Assembly: GCF_964204645.1 (NCBI RefSeq)
Contig: NC_134033.1
Coordinates: 16,314,655-16,378,654, forward strand
Length of the DNA: 64,000 bases
Origin: Tubulanus polymorphus
Lineage: Eukaryota; Animalia; Nemertea
Reading direction: 5' to 3'
The notes beneath the pieces are model-generated. The model saw only the letters and a list, made by a program, of their open reading frames with translations. It was not told where the DNA came from and did not search any database. The position numbers were made by a program, and so were the translations under genes. The first letter of the stretch is position 1. Each line of letters starts with the position of its first letter. This document shows positions 1 to 15,200 of the stretch, one piece after another.

Positions 1-3000
1 GATTTTAGATTCGAACAACCAGGTTTACGCGTGACCGTTCAGATTTATGACGGATGGAACACAAGTGAACCTATAATGAATATACGGGAACAAACCGGAC
101 ATCCGCCCATCTCTATTTACACGAAAACTAACAAAGCTATCGTCACTTTTTCAATGAAACAGGTCCCAGTAGTTCTCAAAACTAATCTATTCGTTAAAAT
201 GTATAGAATATCAGATTGGAATATTTCTAATCCATCGATTCCGATCCATAGAAACAAATCTGGAGTGCTCATTCCTGGTGATAGGCCACATGTAATAACT
301 CAGTCTAAACGCTTATACTGCTGGTCTATCAGAGCTGAAATACTGCAGTACGTCGTCTTCAACTGGTCACGTGATCTCGTCACTTCCGATGACGTCATCG
401 GTGTTTATAAACTGGAAGGCTTAACGGTTGTCGGAACTGATATTTTACTCGGTAAAAACTACCTGGAATCTTTAAGTATAAAGTCTGACGGATTTCTCGT
501 GATATTGTGTTTACTGTTATCAGAGAATTTTGTCGGGAAATCGTTTAGAAATTCAACATTGATCGACTACAAAATAGAATCAGTGAAGGAAACAGACGTC
601 AAAGTGGAAAATAAAAAAGTGAGTTAAACAGCACGAAAATATGTCGTGAATTCATTGTATTGATCCAACTTTTCTTGTTGGATACCAAGAGAATTATGTG
701 TTCATATTGCGGTTAATGAGAATGAAGAATAGACAATTAATGAATTGAATATTGAGGACTTACTCTAGGTTTTCATCTATTGTAGGTTAAAAATGATCAT
801 CAAGTGTCATATTCTAGTTTGTTCCCCATAAACTCGGAATGGAAGTTACAATATTGTATCAGTAGATTTGCACTCCGCTCGAAAGTCGACATCAACGAGA
901 ATAAATTAAAACTAACAGTTTTATCAGAGAATTGTGAGAGAGCTGGATTTTATATATATGATGGTGGTAATTTTACAGCTAGACGCTATGGTCCGTATTG
1001 TACTGCTGGTCTGGGAAACTATGGTCGATCTGTTGTGAGTCTGATTACATCAGGAGGACCGGTTACTGTAGTAACATACGCTTACAACTGGCATGATCTA
1101 CTGGTAACAACTGGTGACCTTGTTTCCCTCATGTTTGTTCCTACCGACTGTGACGGGTATGTTCTACAGGAAGGAGAACGTCAGATCAATATGACGTCAC
1201 ATTGTCTCGTTATTACACCAGAAAATCGACGCCAACCGATAGAAAACATCGATGTATTATCAGAACATGAATATCAAATTGACAGTTGTTATCGTGGAGC
1301 CAGGAATCCCTGTTCAGCGATAAGTCTCAATAGTCACGTGTTAAATACCAGTCTCGTATTAAACCATGTGAAATTATTACGCACTGAATATGAATTCTGG
1401 AGGTCATCACTAATGATTGTATTACGACGTAAATGTCAGAAATTAAAACGCGGCTTTCGGGCTGTTATTGGTGGAAGGAGTGAGATAGATCATTGTGGAC
1501 TCGTGCAGTCACCGAACTTCCCTGGATTACCTACCTATACTGCACAATTATTCTATGTTTTTTCTTTTTCATCCGACAAAATCATAAATTATTACATCAG
1601 ATTCCTGTTTAAATTTATCGGACAAACATCATGCGATAAATCTACTCATTACCGCACCAGGGAATCAATATTACTGACACAAATTATCAAAATGTTTGAT
1701 GATCCAAACGATTTATTTTCCGGGTTTACAGAAACTCGTCATATAATAAAAATATGTGAAAATAACGCAGTAACAGGACTTGTATTGTACAGTCTACTCG
1801 GGTATGACTTGTATTTTGAGTTGTCAGAGTTCATGCCAATATTTCAAATTCAATACACTTTAGAACAATCACCTTTACTGAAACATCGAATTAATGGCTG
1901 CCGATCAGATTTTCTAGATTCTGGTGTTTCGTGTATTAGATACATCAAACATGAACGTCTGAATTGGGAGAACGCTGAAATTTACTGTCAACAGAAATAT
2001 GGAGGGCATCTTCTCAGTATCAACTCTCAACATGAAATGATGGCCGTAAAAAAGCTGTTCGCTACAAAACTGCTTCATGAGGCATATTCACAGGCGGGGC
2101 TTATTGTGATGATTGGATTGAAATGGCAGGTAACATGCAATTTATTTCATCATTAACATTTGAAAATTGTGATTAATTTTTTCGCCACTTGTTGAGTTAT
2201 TTCTAAAAAAATAGAACACAGGAAACAATCTAAAAAGAATATTCACTAATGTATAACACGTGTTTGTTTGTTTTTAAAGGAGTCCAGTGGTTATTACTCG
2301 TGGTCTGATGGGAAACCGTTGAGTTACACAGAGTGGTTTAAACCTGCTGTTAATGAAACAATACCAGAAGTTATTCTAGGATTGATATCTCCCCAACTAA
2401 AACAACCGATAAATGACGTCAATGTGCCGTGTGCGGCGATGATACTGAATAATCCACGAGGATCAGCGAACTGGGTTCGATTCCCGTGTCAAATTATACA
2501 AACGCATACAACATTTATTTGTGAAACAGAAAGAAGCCATTTTGATACATCTTCACAAAACGATACAACTGAAATAACACGCAAAAACTTCGAACGATTT
2601 AACTCCACGTGTCTTAGAGGCTGGATTCATATAGAAGCGCATTGCTATCAGATACTTACAGCCTGGCAAACGCTCCATAATAAAAGTTTAACAATCCAGA
2701 CAGCCAGAGAAATGTGTCTTACAATCGGAGGTGACATTAGTATAATAACATCTAATATTGATATTCAGAATTTTATAAATGTTTTCCACTATCAGCATCA
2801 ATATGGCGCTATACTGACTAATCATACAGGCGGAAGAATTGTGGCAATAAAACCAGTTGTAATTAGAGATTGGATAACGTATAATATTAAAACAGTGAAA
2901 TGGTCAGTGACTGCCTTCGATAATGTCACAGATGTAGCGCATTCCGTGCTGTGTTCTTATAATGTAACTGGTGAAGAGTTGGCTTCTAAAAGCGGATGTA

Positions 3001-5504
3001 AATCGTGGCAGTTCAAATGTAACGATCAAAGATGTATCAGCGACCATCGCGTATGTGATTCTAGAAATGACTGTCAACACGGTGAAGATGAACTCGATTG
3101 TTCGGGTTCAAACTTAGACAGTCAGTTCCAGTGTTCGGATGGACGAGTTATATCAGTGAGTAATGTGTGTGATTTTGTACGAGACTGCGCTGACGGATCA
3201 GATGAGAACTCGTGCTATCATACTTTATGTTCCTCTGAACAGTTTAAGTGTAAAAACGGACAATGTGTGGGTAGATATAAACGATGTGATGGACTGGTTG
3301 ATTGTAAAGATAAATCCGATGAGATCGGCTGCTCTTCCGACGAATGTAACGGGTTTTTGTGTGTAAATGGTGAATGTATCAGTTTTCTGTTGTTCCGGGA
3401 TGGTGTTGTAGATTGTGGCGGGGACCTCGAAGAAGATGAAATAGTGCCAACAAATATAACGATTAAACCACAAATTCACTGCACTACAGAGAACTACTGC
3501 ACGACCCATTTCACTTCACTCTGTACAGAATCGGATAAACAAAGATGTTCATTCAATTCTCCTCGTTGTTACGCGAGAGGAGATAGATGTATTTTAGAAA
3601 GAATGTCGACAGGTTTTCCTGTTTGTAGAAGACTCGAACATTTACTGAATTGTAATGAGTTTGAATGTGCAGCTGGTACAGTGAAATGTCCATCGTCTTA
3701 CTGTATACCGATTAGACACGTGTGCGATGGTCGATCAGATTGTCCTCATTCAGAAGATGAATTCAATTGTGAAACGTTTTCGTGTCCAGGAATGTTTAAA
3801 TGCGGTGATGAACATAGATGTATTCCTCAGTCGGAAGTTTGCGATGGCGTCGTAAATTGTAAACACAACTCGGATGACGAGGCTTTCTGCGACGTCACGT
3901 GTCCTAACTACTGTAAATGTCAAGGTCGTTTGATTGACTGTGAAAACGCTTCTTTATCTGATATTTCTAACATTTTTGCCGCGTCGACTCGCGTTCTGAT
4001 TTTATCGAATAACCGAGTTAGATTTAATGAATCGACATTTTCTCCATTTTTATACCTTTTTATACTCAATATTTCCAGCAATGATTTATCTGACATTGTC
4101 TCCAACGCGTTTTCTAATCTACGCAATCTAAATATATTAGATCTGTCGTATAATCGCCTAGTATCACTACATGCCGATACATTCACTGGTTTAAACAATT
4201 TAAAACAACTTTTACTCGCTGGAAATCCGCTGAGATATTTAAACGATGGAAGCTTCAACGGTTTGACGTCACTTACGGTTATGGATCTGCACGGTCTCTC
4301 TATATCGGTTCTTACTCGTAACGTATTCCGAGGTTTACCAGCGCTGAAATATTTGAATATCAGCAGTAACTCAATCAGATCAATATCCAGATACGCGTTT
4401 TCTGGGTTGAGTTCACTGGGAGTTCTAGATATCACCAACAACTCTCGGATAATTTCTGTGGAAAGTAACATCTTTGATAATTTGACGTCTTTATATTTTC
4501 TCGCTTCGGACGCGTATAAATTCTGTTGTATGGCACCGAATATTGACCGGTGTCTCCCGGATCCTGATCAATTCTCATCGTGTTCAGACCTCATTGAGAA
4601 CACTGTCCTCACAGCTGTTATCTGGATCATCGCTTGTATTACTTTCGTTTCCAATGTTATCGTTATTCTATTTCGTTTTAGGTCGATTCGAGTTTCATCG
4701 GAAACGCGAAATAAATCGTCAGATATCCTCATCATTAATATCGCGCTTTGTGATTTCCTGATGTCTGTTTATTTGTTTCTGATCGCAGGAACTGATCACG
4801 TTTATAAAGGTGTTTATTTTCTGAATTCTGAAACTTGGACTCGCAGTTCATTATGCAGCGTTGCCGGAATTGTGGTGACGATATCTTGTGAAGGTTCTTT
4901 AACATTTCTCTTTCTCCTCACGCGTTTCAGATATTCGAATATCGTCGATCCATTTTCTGGTAACCCGGTTTTATCCTCAAATATTATTATGATTCTGTCT
5001 TGTTTATGCTGGATATTTCTGAGTTTAATCGCCTTTCTTCCGCTGTCTCGGTCGTCTTATTTCGGTGATAATTTTTACGGTAGCACGGGTATCTGTTTAC
5101 CTATGAATTTAATATCTATAGATGTCAATGGTTGGCAATATTCGTTCGCTATATTCGCTGTATTAAACGCGATTATTCTCACTCTGATAATGATGTCGTA
5201 CGCGCAGATGTACAAGTATGTATCCGGAAGCAGGTCCGGTTCGGGTAGAGCTGATCCTACAGAACTCGTTCTAGCTCGACGCAGTTTAGTCATCAATTTG
5301 TGTAATTTATTTTGCTGGTTACCGTTAATAATCGTTCAGTTGTGCGCCGTATTTTCGGTCGAGATACCGAACCAGGTCGCCGCTTGGCTGGCCGTTCTTT
5401 TCTTACCGATAAACTCAACTCTGAACCCACTTCTTTATACTATTCTAACAATCGATATGAAATCCATACGAGCTCGAAATAAACGCAGCAAACCAATCAA
5501 ATAG
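1..5504 (+). CDS. GRL101-like (LGR type C2) G-protein-coupled receptor: C-type lectin domains, ~7 LDLa repeats, LRRs, rhodopsin-type 7TM; 5' end outside the window
   Basis: Exons <1-618, 786-2129 and 2280-5504 join in phase 0 via GT..AG introns. CTLD motifs (LNWENAEIYCQQKYGGHLLSI...IGLKW / WSDGKPLSYTEW...WVRFPC); LDLa repeats (C..QFKC...C.....VCD...DC.DGSDE..C); LRRs (LNILDLSYNRL, LKYLNISSNSI); hinge FCC...SSCSDL; 7TM with NIALCDFLM, CWLPL and NSTLNPLLY. Confidence 0.9.
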
Positions 5505-6266
5505 CCTCACGGCGTTGTGCAAATGAAATAGTTATCTTATTTACGATCGGATCGAATTTATTTACGAAATCGCTCGAACTAAATGATTTTCACTGTAGTT
5601 CGTGTCTTGTTGTAGCTATACAAAACATATAATGTTGATAGAACACAATTGAAATTGTTTTACGGATCTGATTACCTCTGGATATCCCGTGTCCCGGTCT
5701 TTGACCCACGGTGGTGATTTCCTCGGATTATCGGAGATTATCGCGGGTCTTGATTCGTGTGACGATAACCAATCGTCTGCCCGACTCGCCCGATAATCAC
5801 TTGCTACCGCGTTACAGAAAATAACCCAAGATCCAATACTGTATTCTATACCCTCGAGGAGAAATAAACATGAATTATTTGACGAAATGATTACTCCAAG
5901 GGTTTAGTTACAGATATGGGAAGATGAGTTCAATAGCCATCTGCGCATTTATTTCGATTTTTTTAAAAATCTGCGTATATCAAACAAATACTACCGGCAG
6001 ATTAATCAATGCGGGATGAAAAATAAATCAAATCAAATCAAAACCTTACGCTGTCTGGTTCCGCCAGCATTTCATGAGAGGTGCACGGTCCAAACTGATG
6101 ATTGAATTATGTCTCGAACAAAAAACAGTTTAAAATATAAACAATCTCTGAATATCATTAAGTTTTATTTCTACAATTTATCATGAATTACAATTAGAAA
6201 ATCAAAAATTATCCAACAACGAAAAATGTTTGTGACGTCTTTTTTGATTCTCTTGGAAATTTGATT

Positions 6267-9200
6267 TTATTGCGGACCTAAAATGATGAAAATAAAAATA
6301 AAACATAGCTCTTATTCTGACATCTGGAAAAAACAATCAATTTCGAAATGTAAATGAGCAATATTCTTTCGAATCATATCGAACTTAGATTTCATTAAGT
6401 ATTATTAGCGTTTAGCCCCCGGTGCGAGTCGAAAGCCTCTGATTATCACGCGTACTCCCGCCATGCGAGACAAACGACTCAGTGACCGGCGCAGCCATGT
6501 ATTCTAATGTCCAATGCATGCAACGATTATTATACTATATTTACAAATGTCAAAATGCTTCCACAACCACCACTGTACACACTATACATGCATAAATATA
6601 GAGGTTCAAATGTATTCGCAAAAACAAAATGTATCACTACTACCGATAACAAAAAACGAGAATGAAATGTAATAGATACATAAATGAATAAGCAATTGAA
6701 TAATAAATAGACAAATAGAATATATTTGTAAGAAGTAAAAAGGAGACAAGGTGACAAGGCTGGTTGAAACTGGTTTCAAATTATGGCAAAATATTCATCA
6801 CAACAATGGTTTCATATTAGATACAACTTTGCGGTAACAAATTAACGATTGTGAATTACGGGCTAAAACGGATGACGTGTTGCACGAAAATCGACGACGC
6901 CGCTAGTAGCCACGGGATTCCCGTATGGCGATAAGAATTCGCTACTAACTTACATGTTTGAACGCATATTCCCTGATGATAATAGTATCCATGCTTGCAC
7001 ACGCAGCCCTCGGCCTTACCGGTCGGGATCTGCGAACACGTGGAAACCGCTTCTTTATCTAAACATGTATTCATACAAGTCTCTATCATATCCTTGTAAA
7101 CCATTCCATCCGGGCATTTCTTATCACCTGTAACCAGAATGCAGAGATTATGTAGGTCATATTTTTGTTTTCAGAAATTATAACCGTTTCTATAGGTCAA
7201 TCTCCGGGTACGGGTATAGGAGATTCTCCAAAAAGTCAAACAACCGTAGAGCTACCTAATCCTTTACGTTAAATTTGATGCTGTTTTTGAAGTTAAGAAT
7301 GAGGAGATTATTTGTCTCAGAACTCAAGAGGCCAGTCTTAAAGTTTGGTTTTGAGATGGTTGACTGGTTTAGATATTGCGAGCGGCTTAAGTTATCATAC
7401 GTACACAGACGCGGTCTCCAGTTGGTGGCGCCACCACCGCTGTTGATGCACACGGATACAAAAGTCGATATTCTACCGCAAGCGACGTCCTTGAACTCGT
7501 TACTTCCGGAATTGGCCGCCTGACAAGCGTCATACTCACAATCATTGATATAGTCCGCAAAATTAGGAACCTACGAAAAAAAACATCAATTTCATCTTTC
7601 CATTACACACTGCCTTCTTTTTTTCTGGTTTATTCGATGAGACGACATTATAGGACGCCTCCATATTATCTGGACTGATACCTTGTTTCTGCAGTCTGTG
7701 AAGGCATCAGAATATCTGATCACTCCGCACAATGACTTTCCGTGGATGAAATATCCCTTGGTGGCATCTGTGCACTTCACTTCCGGAAGAGCTTCATGCT
7801 CAACTGGTTCGGTTGGGGTCCCCTCAGGTGGCGTTGTTGCGGGCTCAATTGGTTCTGTTGTGGTCCCCTCAGGTGACGTTGTTACAGGCTCAATTGGTTC
7901 TGTTGTGGTGCCAGCAGGTGACGTTTTTGCAGGCTCAATTGGCTCTGTTGTGGTGCCAAAAGGTGGAGTTGTTGTGGGCTCGATTGAATCTTTTGTGGTT
8001 CCTGCAGGTGCCGTAGTTGGGGGCTCGACTGGTTCCGTCGTGGTGCCTGCAGATGGCGTTGTTGTGAGGTCAATTGATTCGGTTGTGGTGCCTGCAGGTG
8101 GCGTTGTTGTAGGCCCAGGCGGAGTCGATGTAGGTTCAGGTGGAGTTGTCGTAGATTCGGTCACTTTTGTTAAAGAATGAATCAATCGAGAAATTAAGAA
8201 TCAGTCGATTTTTGTGTGTATAAGCTGAAAGTTTAACCTCCTCTGAACTACTCACCAGTACAGTGACCACATCCGTAACAACCATTAGCGAGTTGTATAG
8301 ATTTACAATGTGGTAAACATGTAGCACTGATACACGGTTCAATGTACGCTATCAGAGAAATATAAAAAGTTCTTTCAATAAAATCGCATATCGGAGTCAA
8401 ACCTTAGAATGATATTCAAATATAAAAAGACTTACGGGTTGTTGGCATTGTAGTTTGTTCTGGTGTAGTAGGAATTGGTTCCGTCGTTGTCGGTGGAGCT
8501 ACTGTTGCAGGAGTTAGTTCCATTGTCGACCGAGTAGATGGCGCTCCCGGTACGGATGAAGTTGTTGCCTTTGCGGTGACGTCTGCATAGAACAGATGAC
8601 ACAAGTGTAGAGCCGAATCTATTGTTTTACTTAATTAGAAAATAATTAGACCTACCCGAACAGAGTGGTACGTCGCAGTACTCCCAGCGCTTTGCGGGAT
8701 CTAGAGTATAACACCACGGTCCTTCCGGTTCATCATCCGGGTTCCTGCAGTAATTCTCCGCCGTTGTCTTATCGTCCAGTTTTTCATATCTGGTGTGACT
8801 ATGCGGTGTTTGACTGTCCCAGCGCTGGCATTTCAAACCGCTTCGCGTTTCGCTCGTTTCGCCGCGATATTCGACGCCTTTTTTACTGGTTTTGCATTCG
8901 CAATACTCAATATCGCAGTACTCCCAGCGTTTTCCGGGATTCATAGTATAACACCAGGGTCCTTCGGGTTCATCGTCAGGATTCCTGCAGTAATTCTGCG
9001 CGTACGAACGATCAGTCAACATCTCGAATCTGCTGTGACTATGCGGTGTTTGACTGTCCCAGCGCTGACATTTCAAACCGGTTCGAGTCGTTTTCGCTAA
9101 GCCTTGATATTCGCGACCTTTCTTGGTAGTTTTACAAACCGGAGCCGTCCCCGGACAGAACCCTATATCGCAGTACTCCCAACGTGTATCGGGGTCCACG

Positions 9201-12200
9201 GTATAACACCAGGGTCCTTCCGGTTCGTTATCGGGATTTCTGCAGTAATTGGAAGCTGTGCCCCGGTCGGAGAGCATATGGTAGCGGGTATGTTTATGAG
9301 GTGATTGGGAATTCCACGCTTGACACTTTCTACCGGATTTTGCTCGGTCCAAATGTCCTCTGTATTCTTGACCCTCCGTGGTTGTTTTACAAGTTTCACC
9401 TGAATGAAGAAAATATATTTACGTAAAATATCGTCGGGAAAAGCTGTACATTTTCATTTCTGATAATAAAGGCGATGCATAAAAATGTGATGACTGCTTC
9501 ATCTTACCTGAAACTAAAGGTGTTGTAGTCTCAATTCCTGGATCTATAGAGAACGAGGAATACCGGTCAATCTTACACGTTTACGATGTACAGAAACTGA
9601 CTATAATCAAAAATGTGCTTAATATCTTTCAGTTAGAAATCTGTTTGTTTCAAAACCGTTACAATGATGTTTATACACCTAGTACGTGTTCTGTGTGCAC
9701 TACGTCATCGATATGGGCGTCTCAAAATAACAATTAATACAATATTGTGGATTTTGGCGTTCATTTTGTAATGAAATTTCATCACTCTTAATATATTTTT
9801 CATGAATATTGATAATTATTTTTGAGAGGATGTGCACTTCGTCACCGATATATCGGGGTTAGACTGGTCGTCAGTCAATGCAATTCAATTACCAATATAT
9901 TCAAATCCAAAATAGCTTTATTGATCCTTTAGATTTTACAATTGATATCATATATCATCTATTATCGACAATAGTAAACATTACGTGCTATTATTCAAGG
10001 CGTCAGTTTCAGGTGAGTTTTCTTGCTTACCTTTAACACGCTGTGTTTGGTCTTTCACTGCTCCAGGATTCACTGAAATCAACAACAGACGAATGAGTTT
10101 GCGTCACAATACATTTTTAGATAATCTAAAGAATCTGTTGTCTACAACTTATTTCAAATCATTTTACCGGTTTCTGGTTTCATGGACGGCTCTGTCGTTG
10201 CGCCGGCAGGCGGCGTCGCTGAAGGCTCAATTGGTTCTGGCGTAGTACCGGTAGGTGTCGTCGTGGTGCTTTTTGCTGGAAATCGATGAATTTACCTACA
10301 CGATGTATGCGATTATTTCAAGAAGCTGATTATGAATATTCTCACAATATTTTAAACATACGTTCACATTGCTGATTAGATTTCGACCAGATTTCCGTTT
10401 CGTTATTGCACGTAACTGGAATAAAAAATGAATGATATAATTTGTGTTATAATGAACTGTCAGCTGATGGAAGATGTTTCATTGTAATTCGATTTACATA
10501 TGCATTTCTTCATCTTCTTGTTCCATTGGAGGCCTTGGTTCGCTTTATCACAGCCTGCAATGAGGGAGATGCGGTTAGTAAGTGAATCTCCACCTTATAA
10601 CTTCTGATACACGCATTCTAGTTAAACCTATGCCAAACAAACTTATTATTGGGAGGAGGTCATTTTACTATTCAGCTCCTTCTCTTCGGAATAAACTACC
10701 TCCGGTAAAGAGAGTTTTCGTCTGTCAACATGTACTCATCTACATTGCTCTAACACTAAACTTTAACATACTAAACTCTAAACCCTAGAAATGATTAAAA
10801 TTAATCTTCTAAAAAAATTGGTATCAAGACTGGTCTTAAACTAAAATGAGTTTAGACTGGCCTTAAGTTGGTAGATCGGTTTTAGAACCAAAATGAGCTT
10901 AGACTGGTTTGAAGTTGTTGGATTGGTTACTATAGAACTTAGATGAGCTTAGACTGGTCTTAGGTTGTTAGATTGGCTTGTGAACTACAATGAGCTTAGA
11001 CTGGTCTTAGGTTGTTAGATTGGCTTGTGAACTACAATGAGCTTAGACTGGTCTTAGGTTGTTAGATTGGCTTGTGAACTACAATGAGCTTAGACTGGTC
11101 TTAGGTTGTTAGATTGGCTTGTGAACTACAATGAGCTTAGACTGGTCTTAGGTTGTTAGATTGGCTTGTGAACTACAATGAGTTTAGACTGGCCTTAAGT
11201 TGTTGGATTGGTTACTATAGAACTTAGATGAGCTTAGACTGGTCTTAGGTTGTGAGATTGGCTAATGAACTACGATGAGCTTAGACTGGTTTGAAGTTGT
11301 TGGATTGGTTATAGAACTAATGAGCTTAGACTGGTCCTGTAAGCGATGTCTGTCAGCTGGACGAGTAACGCAATGGGGTGAATGAAGTGAAACGTACCGA
11401 CACATTCTTCTATTTTTTCGTTCCACGTTTCTCCTTCGTTCTCGTTACAAGAGGCTGAAATCGATGAAGATACGATAGTGGATAATTCATGAAATAACGA
11501 TGACAACTTGTAGTTTGTCAATACGACATTCCGACCGCACCGAATGAACTTTACGCAGCTACACTCATATTCAAAATAACGGTTAAATTTATTATTCAAT
11601 TATCCTCAAGTGAACAGTGAACACATCTTCGGATATCTATGTTTTGGAATGGATCCACTCGACGTGTAAAAAATAATAGGCCCTACGTGTTGTTATAGCC
11701 AGGATCCAGTTCAACAGTTGTGAGTTTGAGTTATCCCGAGTCAGAATTAGCTCATTTTTAATGGGTTTGAGTCAAATCTTATTAACTCACAAATATTGGA
11801 TCTGGACGAGAATTCTGAAAATGGTAGGCGCGAAATTATGAAATGGATCTCTATAAGTCACACTATGCTATTCCAACATCACTATATATTCAGTGGAACC
11901 TCGTTACAGCGAACTTCACGGGACCAGAATATATCTTCGAACCAATAGTTCGTTATATCCAGTATGAAATAAATCAAGGGACGAGATTCTATATTTGAAT
12001 CGTCGTATCTGAGTTCGTTTTATAACGAGGTTCCACTGCATATGTTTTCAATTCATAAAAATTCGTCCAGTAAGTTTATAGATGGATTTGTATTAGATGT
12101 GTTTCGAAAAGGATAACCTGATCAAAGACCGAAGGCCTGGGCCTAACAGTGCTTCATACCGGCTATACGGCGCTAATTGAATTCAGTATATTTTCGAGGT

Positions 12201-15200
12201 AGAGCTTACTTTGGCATTTCCTTTTTTCCACAGACCATTCTTCACCCCTTCGCCCGTGACAGATAGCTGAAAAAAAACAGCGGATATTACACACAGTTCC
12301 CTAATCTCGAAAATAATGCTTTTCGAAACGTATTTTAGGTCTAAATGAATAAGACATTAAATAGACAGGCGTTGGAGGTTCAAATGATGAATAAATTATG
12401 TAGAAAAGCTTTTGATATTTCAAATGCCTAAATTCCGCTTGGTATTGGGGCGATCAGAGGTTTTCTTACAAATACAATGTCCTGGTTTTTCTTTGTTTAA
12501 CACCCAGCCTTCTGTTGCGTTACAAAGCTCTAAAATGAAAGACAAAATATCGTCAAAGAAAAATTGACCGCTGCCTCGAGATCCGTGGATGACAAAGACT
12601 GATTGATTCTGTTAAAAAATGCTACTAGATCAACTACTTACCTTTACAATTGCCAGTAACCGAATCGTAAACCTTGCCTTCATCAGCTTTACACTTATCT
12701 ACAAAACGGTGATAGAAAAGATGAAACTTATCTGTTATTCGGTGTTTACAAAAATATCCGCCGCCTCTAAAAACACCTCCATGATAACATCATCCAATCT
12801 ATAGATTTTATGGAGGCCCCTACGAGTCAAACCACTGTACAATTTAGCGAAAACGATAAGGTAATAAGATTGGCAGCCATTTTCACTGGAAATGCCATTG
12901 AAATAATTTTCTTAACATAGGAAGGCGGTTTAAAACAAGAATCAGTGACGGAGGTCACTAACCTTCGCATATTTTCCGGTCTTTTCCAACTGTTTGTCCC
13001 GGGGGACAATTCTTCGGCACGGCTGAATTATAATGGAAATTGATAATTAATTAACGGGTTCGTTTAATAATTAATTGGAAATATAATCGGCTGCAGACTT
13101 TGGAATATCAGCAAAAAGACATGGACGCAATCTAAGAACATGCGACAAAATAATGAAAATCCATAAATCTGTTCTAGGTCCAGCTACACGGTGATCGCTT
13201 CCGTCAAAAATGGTTGTAAAGATTGATCTTAAGTTTTTAGTTCGGTTATAGAACTAAATGAGCTTAGGCTGATCTCAAGTTGTTAGATTGGTTATAGAAC
13301 CAAAATGAGCTTAGACTGAAGTTGTTAGATTGGTTATAGAACCAAAATGAGCTTAGACTGATCTCAAGTTGTTAGATTGGTTATACAACCAAAATGAGCT
13401 TAGACTGGTCTTAAGTTGTCACGTAGATTAGCGATTATAGACTGATCTTAAATGTAAACTTATGCAGTAAAGAAGACAGCAGCAGAAAACGCAGAGTGTT
13501 GCTATATGTGCAACCAGAAAGAGTAAAATCTGATATCGGCAGGATGACCGAAAGCCGCGTTGCGTTTCTGGATCTGTTACACCACACTTACGACAGGCCT
13601 TCAAACTCGGGTAACATCTCTCCTCGTGCTTCAAACCGCCGTCGTCGCACTGACAACCGCTTACATTCATCGCCCGCTTAGAACACGTGATCGCTTTCGG
13701 GTCGACGCACGTTTTCTCACAGCTCGACATCGTCTGCATATAGGTGGCGCCTTCAGGGCACGTTATCGCTAGCAGAAAGAACCAAAACAAACATGTATGT
13801 ATACAACTATTTCTAGAGCTAGCGGTGGCCATCTTGATCTTGATCAAATCAAGCGAAACTCGGGATAATCTGATGTGGCCGGCGCTGATATGAAATAGGT
13901 GTTTTTCTTTTGTTTTCGTATCATTTTCTTTGTATCTTTTTTCCAAGGGCGACATCTTTATTCAGCCTTCAATTCAAGCTTTGCTGGTTCAGACGCAAGC
14001 AATGATCAGTAACTAATTGTATGTTCATGTGTTTAATATTCTTTCCAAAGAAAGTTTATGAAATTCATTGTATTTTATTGTAATGAACTGCATTGCATTA
14101 TTCAACATCGCATTGTGATTACGTGAATTTCACGAATAAATTGAATAATTCTGATTAAAATGTCGAATTTCACACGAGATAAGAACCTCGCTGGATAAGA
14201 GTGTCTGATACAACGGGTTGGGTGGTTACAACATAGCTCGTAGATTGCCAAGGATAAAAACACGTCATCCACGACACAGGTGAATCGAACAAAATCGGTT
14301 CTAGCTATTGTACTTTTTCTAGAATTCTAACTTACGACAGAAATGCGCTGTTCTATAATTCTCCACCTGGAAATTCAAGCTCTCGCAGTCGAACTCAGCG
14401 CTTTTCATGTAACCGCAAACTTTCTCCTTCAGGTTTTTGAAATTTATCGACGGGTCGTGTTTGTACATTTCGCAAAGATCGAAAACGCAATCGTTGAATT
14501 TGTCGTTCAGTTCAGCGGCCATTTTCTCGCTGTTAATGAGAATATACGATATAATATGATATATATTTTTCTGATTTGAAAATGATTTAATTTAAGTCAA
14601 AGTAATTGAATTTGATCTGATTTGATCTAATTTGATTTAATCTAATTTAATTTCATTTGATAAAAAGCAAAACGTTTGTGCACTAGTGCAAAGACTCGTC
14701 CATTATAATCCTAAACCTAACTCGTCGCTCGGCCCATTGTACTCTGGTGACCAGTCTGGTGTGGTGACTGGTGTTCAGTCAGGTGTGTGGCGACTCTATT
14801 CGCTAACAATACCTTCATCATTCTCTAATTAAAATAGTTTCTTAACGAATTTGTCTTAGTTTTTAAATCGTTGATGAGCTGACATGTTTCCCGATCCACT
14901 ATGCTAAAGATCGAAATTGGGGCAGATTGATTAAGGGTGCATAACTTACTCTTGACGACATGTCTTGAAATGATACCTCAGTTGACCGCAATAAGATAAT
15001 CCCGAAAATTCTTTCAGTTTCCTTTTGTCATTTGAACACGGATGTTCTGTAGGTTCAGGTGCCGTACAACTTAAAAACAGAGATTTCAGAGAATAAATAA
15101 TGTTGTTTCCGCACGTGCTTACACAGTTCCCAGTTCCAATAGTCCTGGATCCAAGACCACACTGTTCTGAACCAAGTTTCACACTTCTGAACTCAGTTTC

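Noticed and set aside
6856-6953. Hydrophobic tail (GIPWLLAASSIFV) as a GPI or TM anchor of the mucin-like protein
   Set aside because: A strong donor (ACAT|gtaagt) precedes it, and an in-phase terminal micro-exon with a poly(A) signal exists at 6267-6277. It is probably intron, although alternative retention cannot be excluded.
7683-8180. Val/Gly-rich plus-strand ORF
   Set aside because: Antisense of the Thr/Pro mucin exon
10840-11337. Regular repeats (also 27775-28245 and 49350-49830) as possible CRISPR arrays
   Set aside because: Head-to-tail units with no unique spacers, no cas genes, and an intron-containing eukaryotic context
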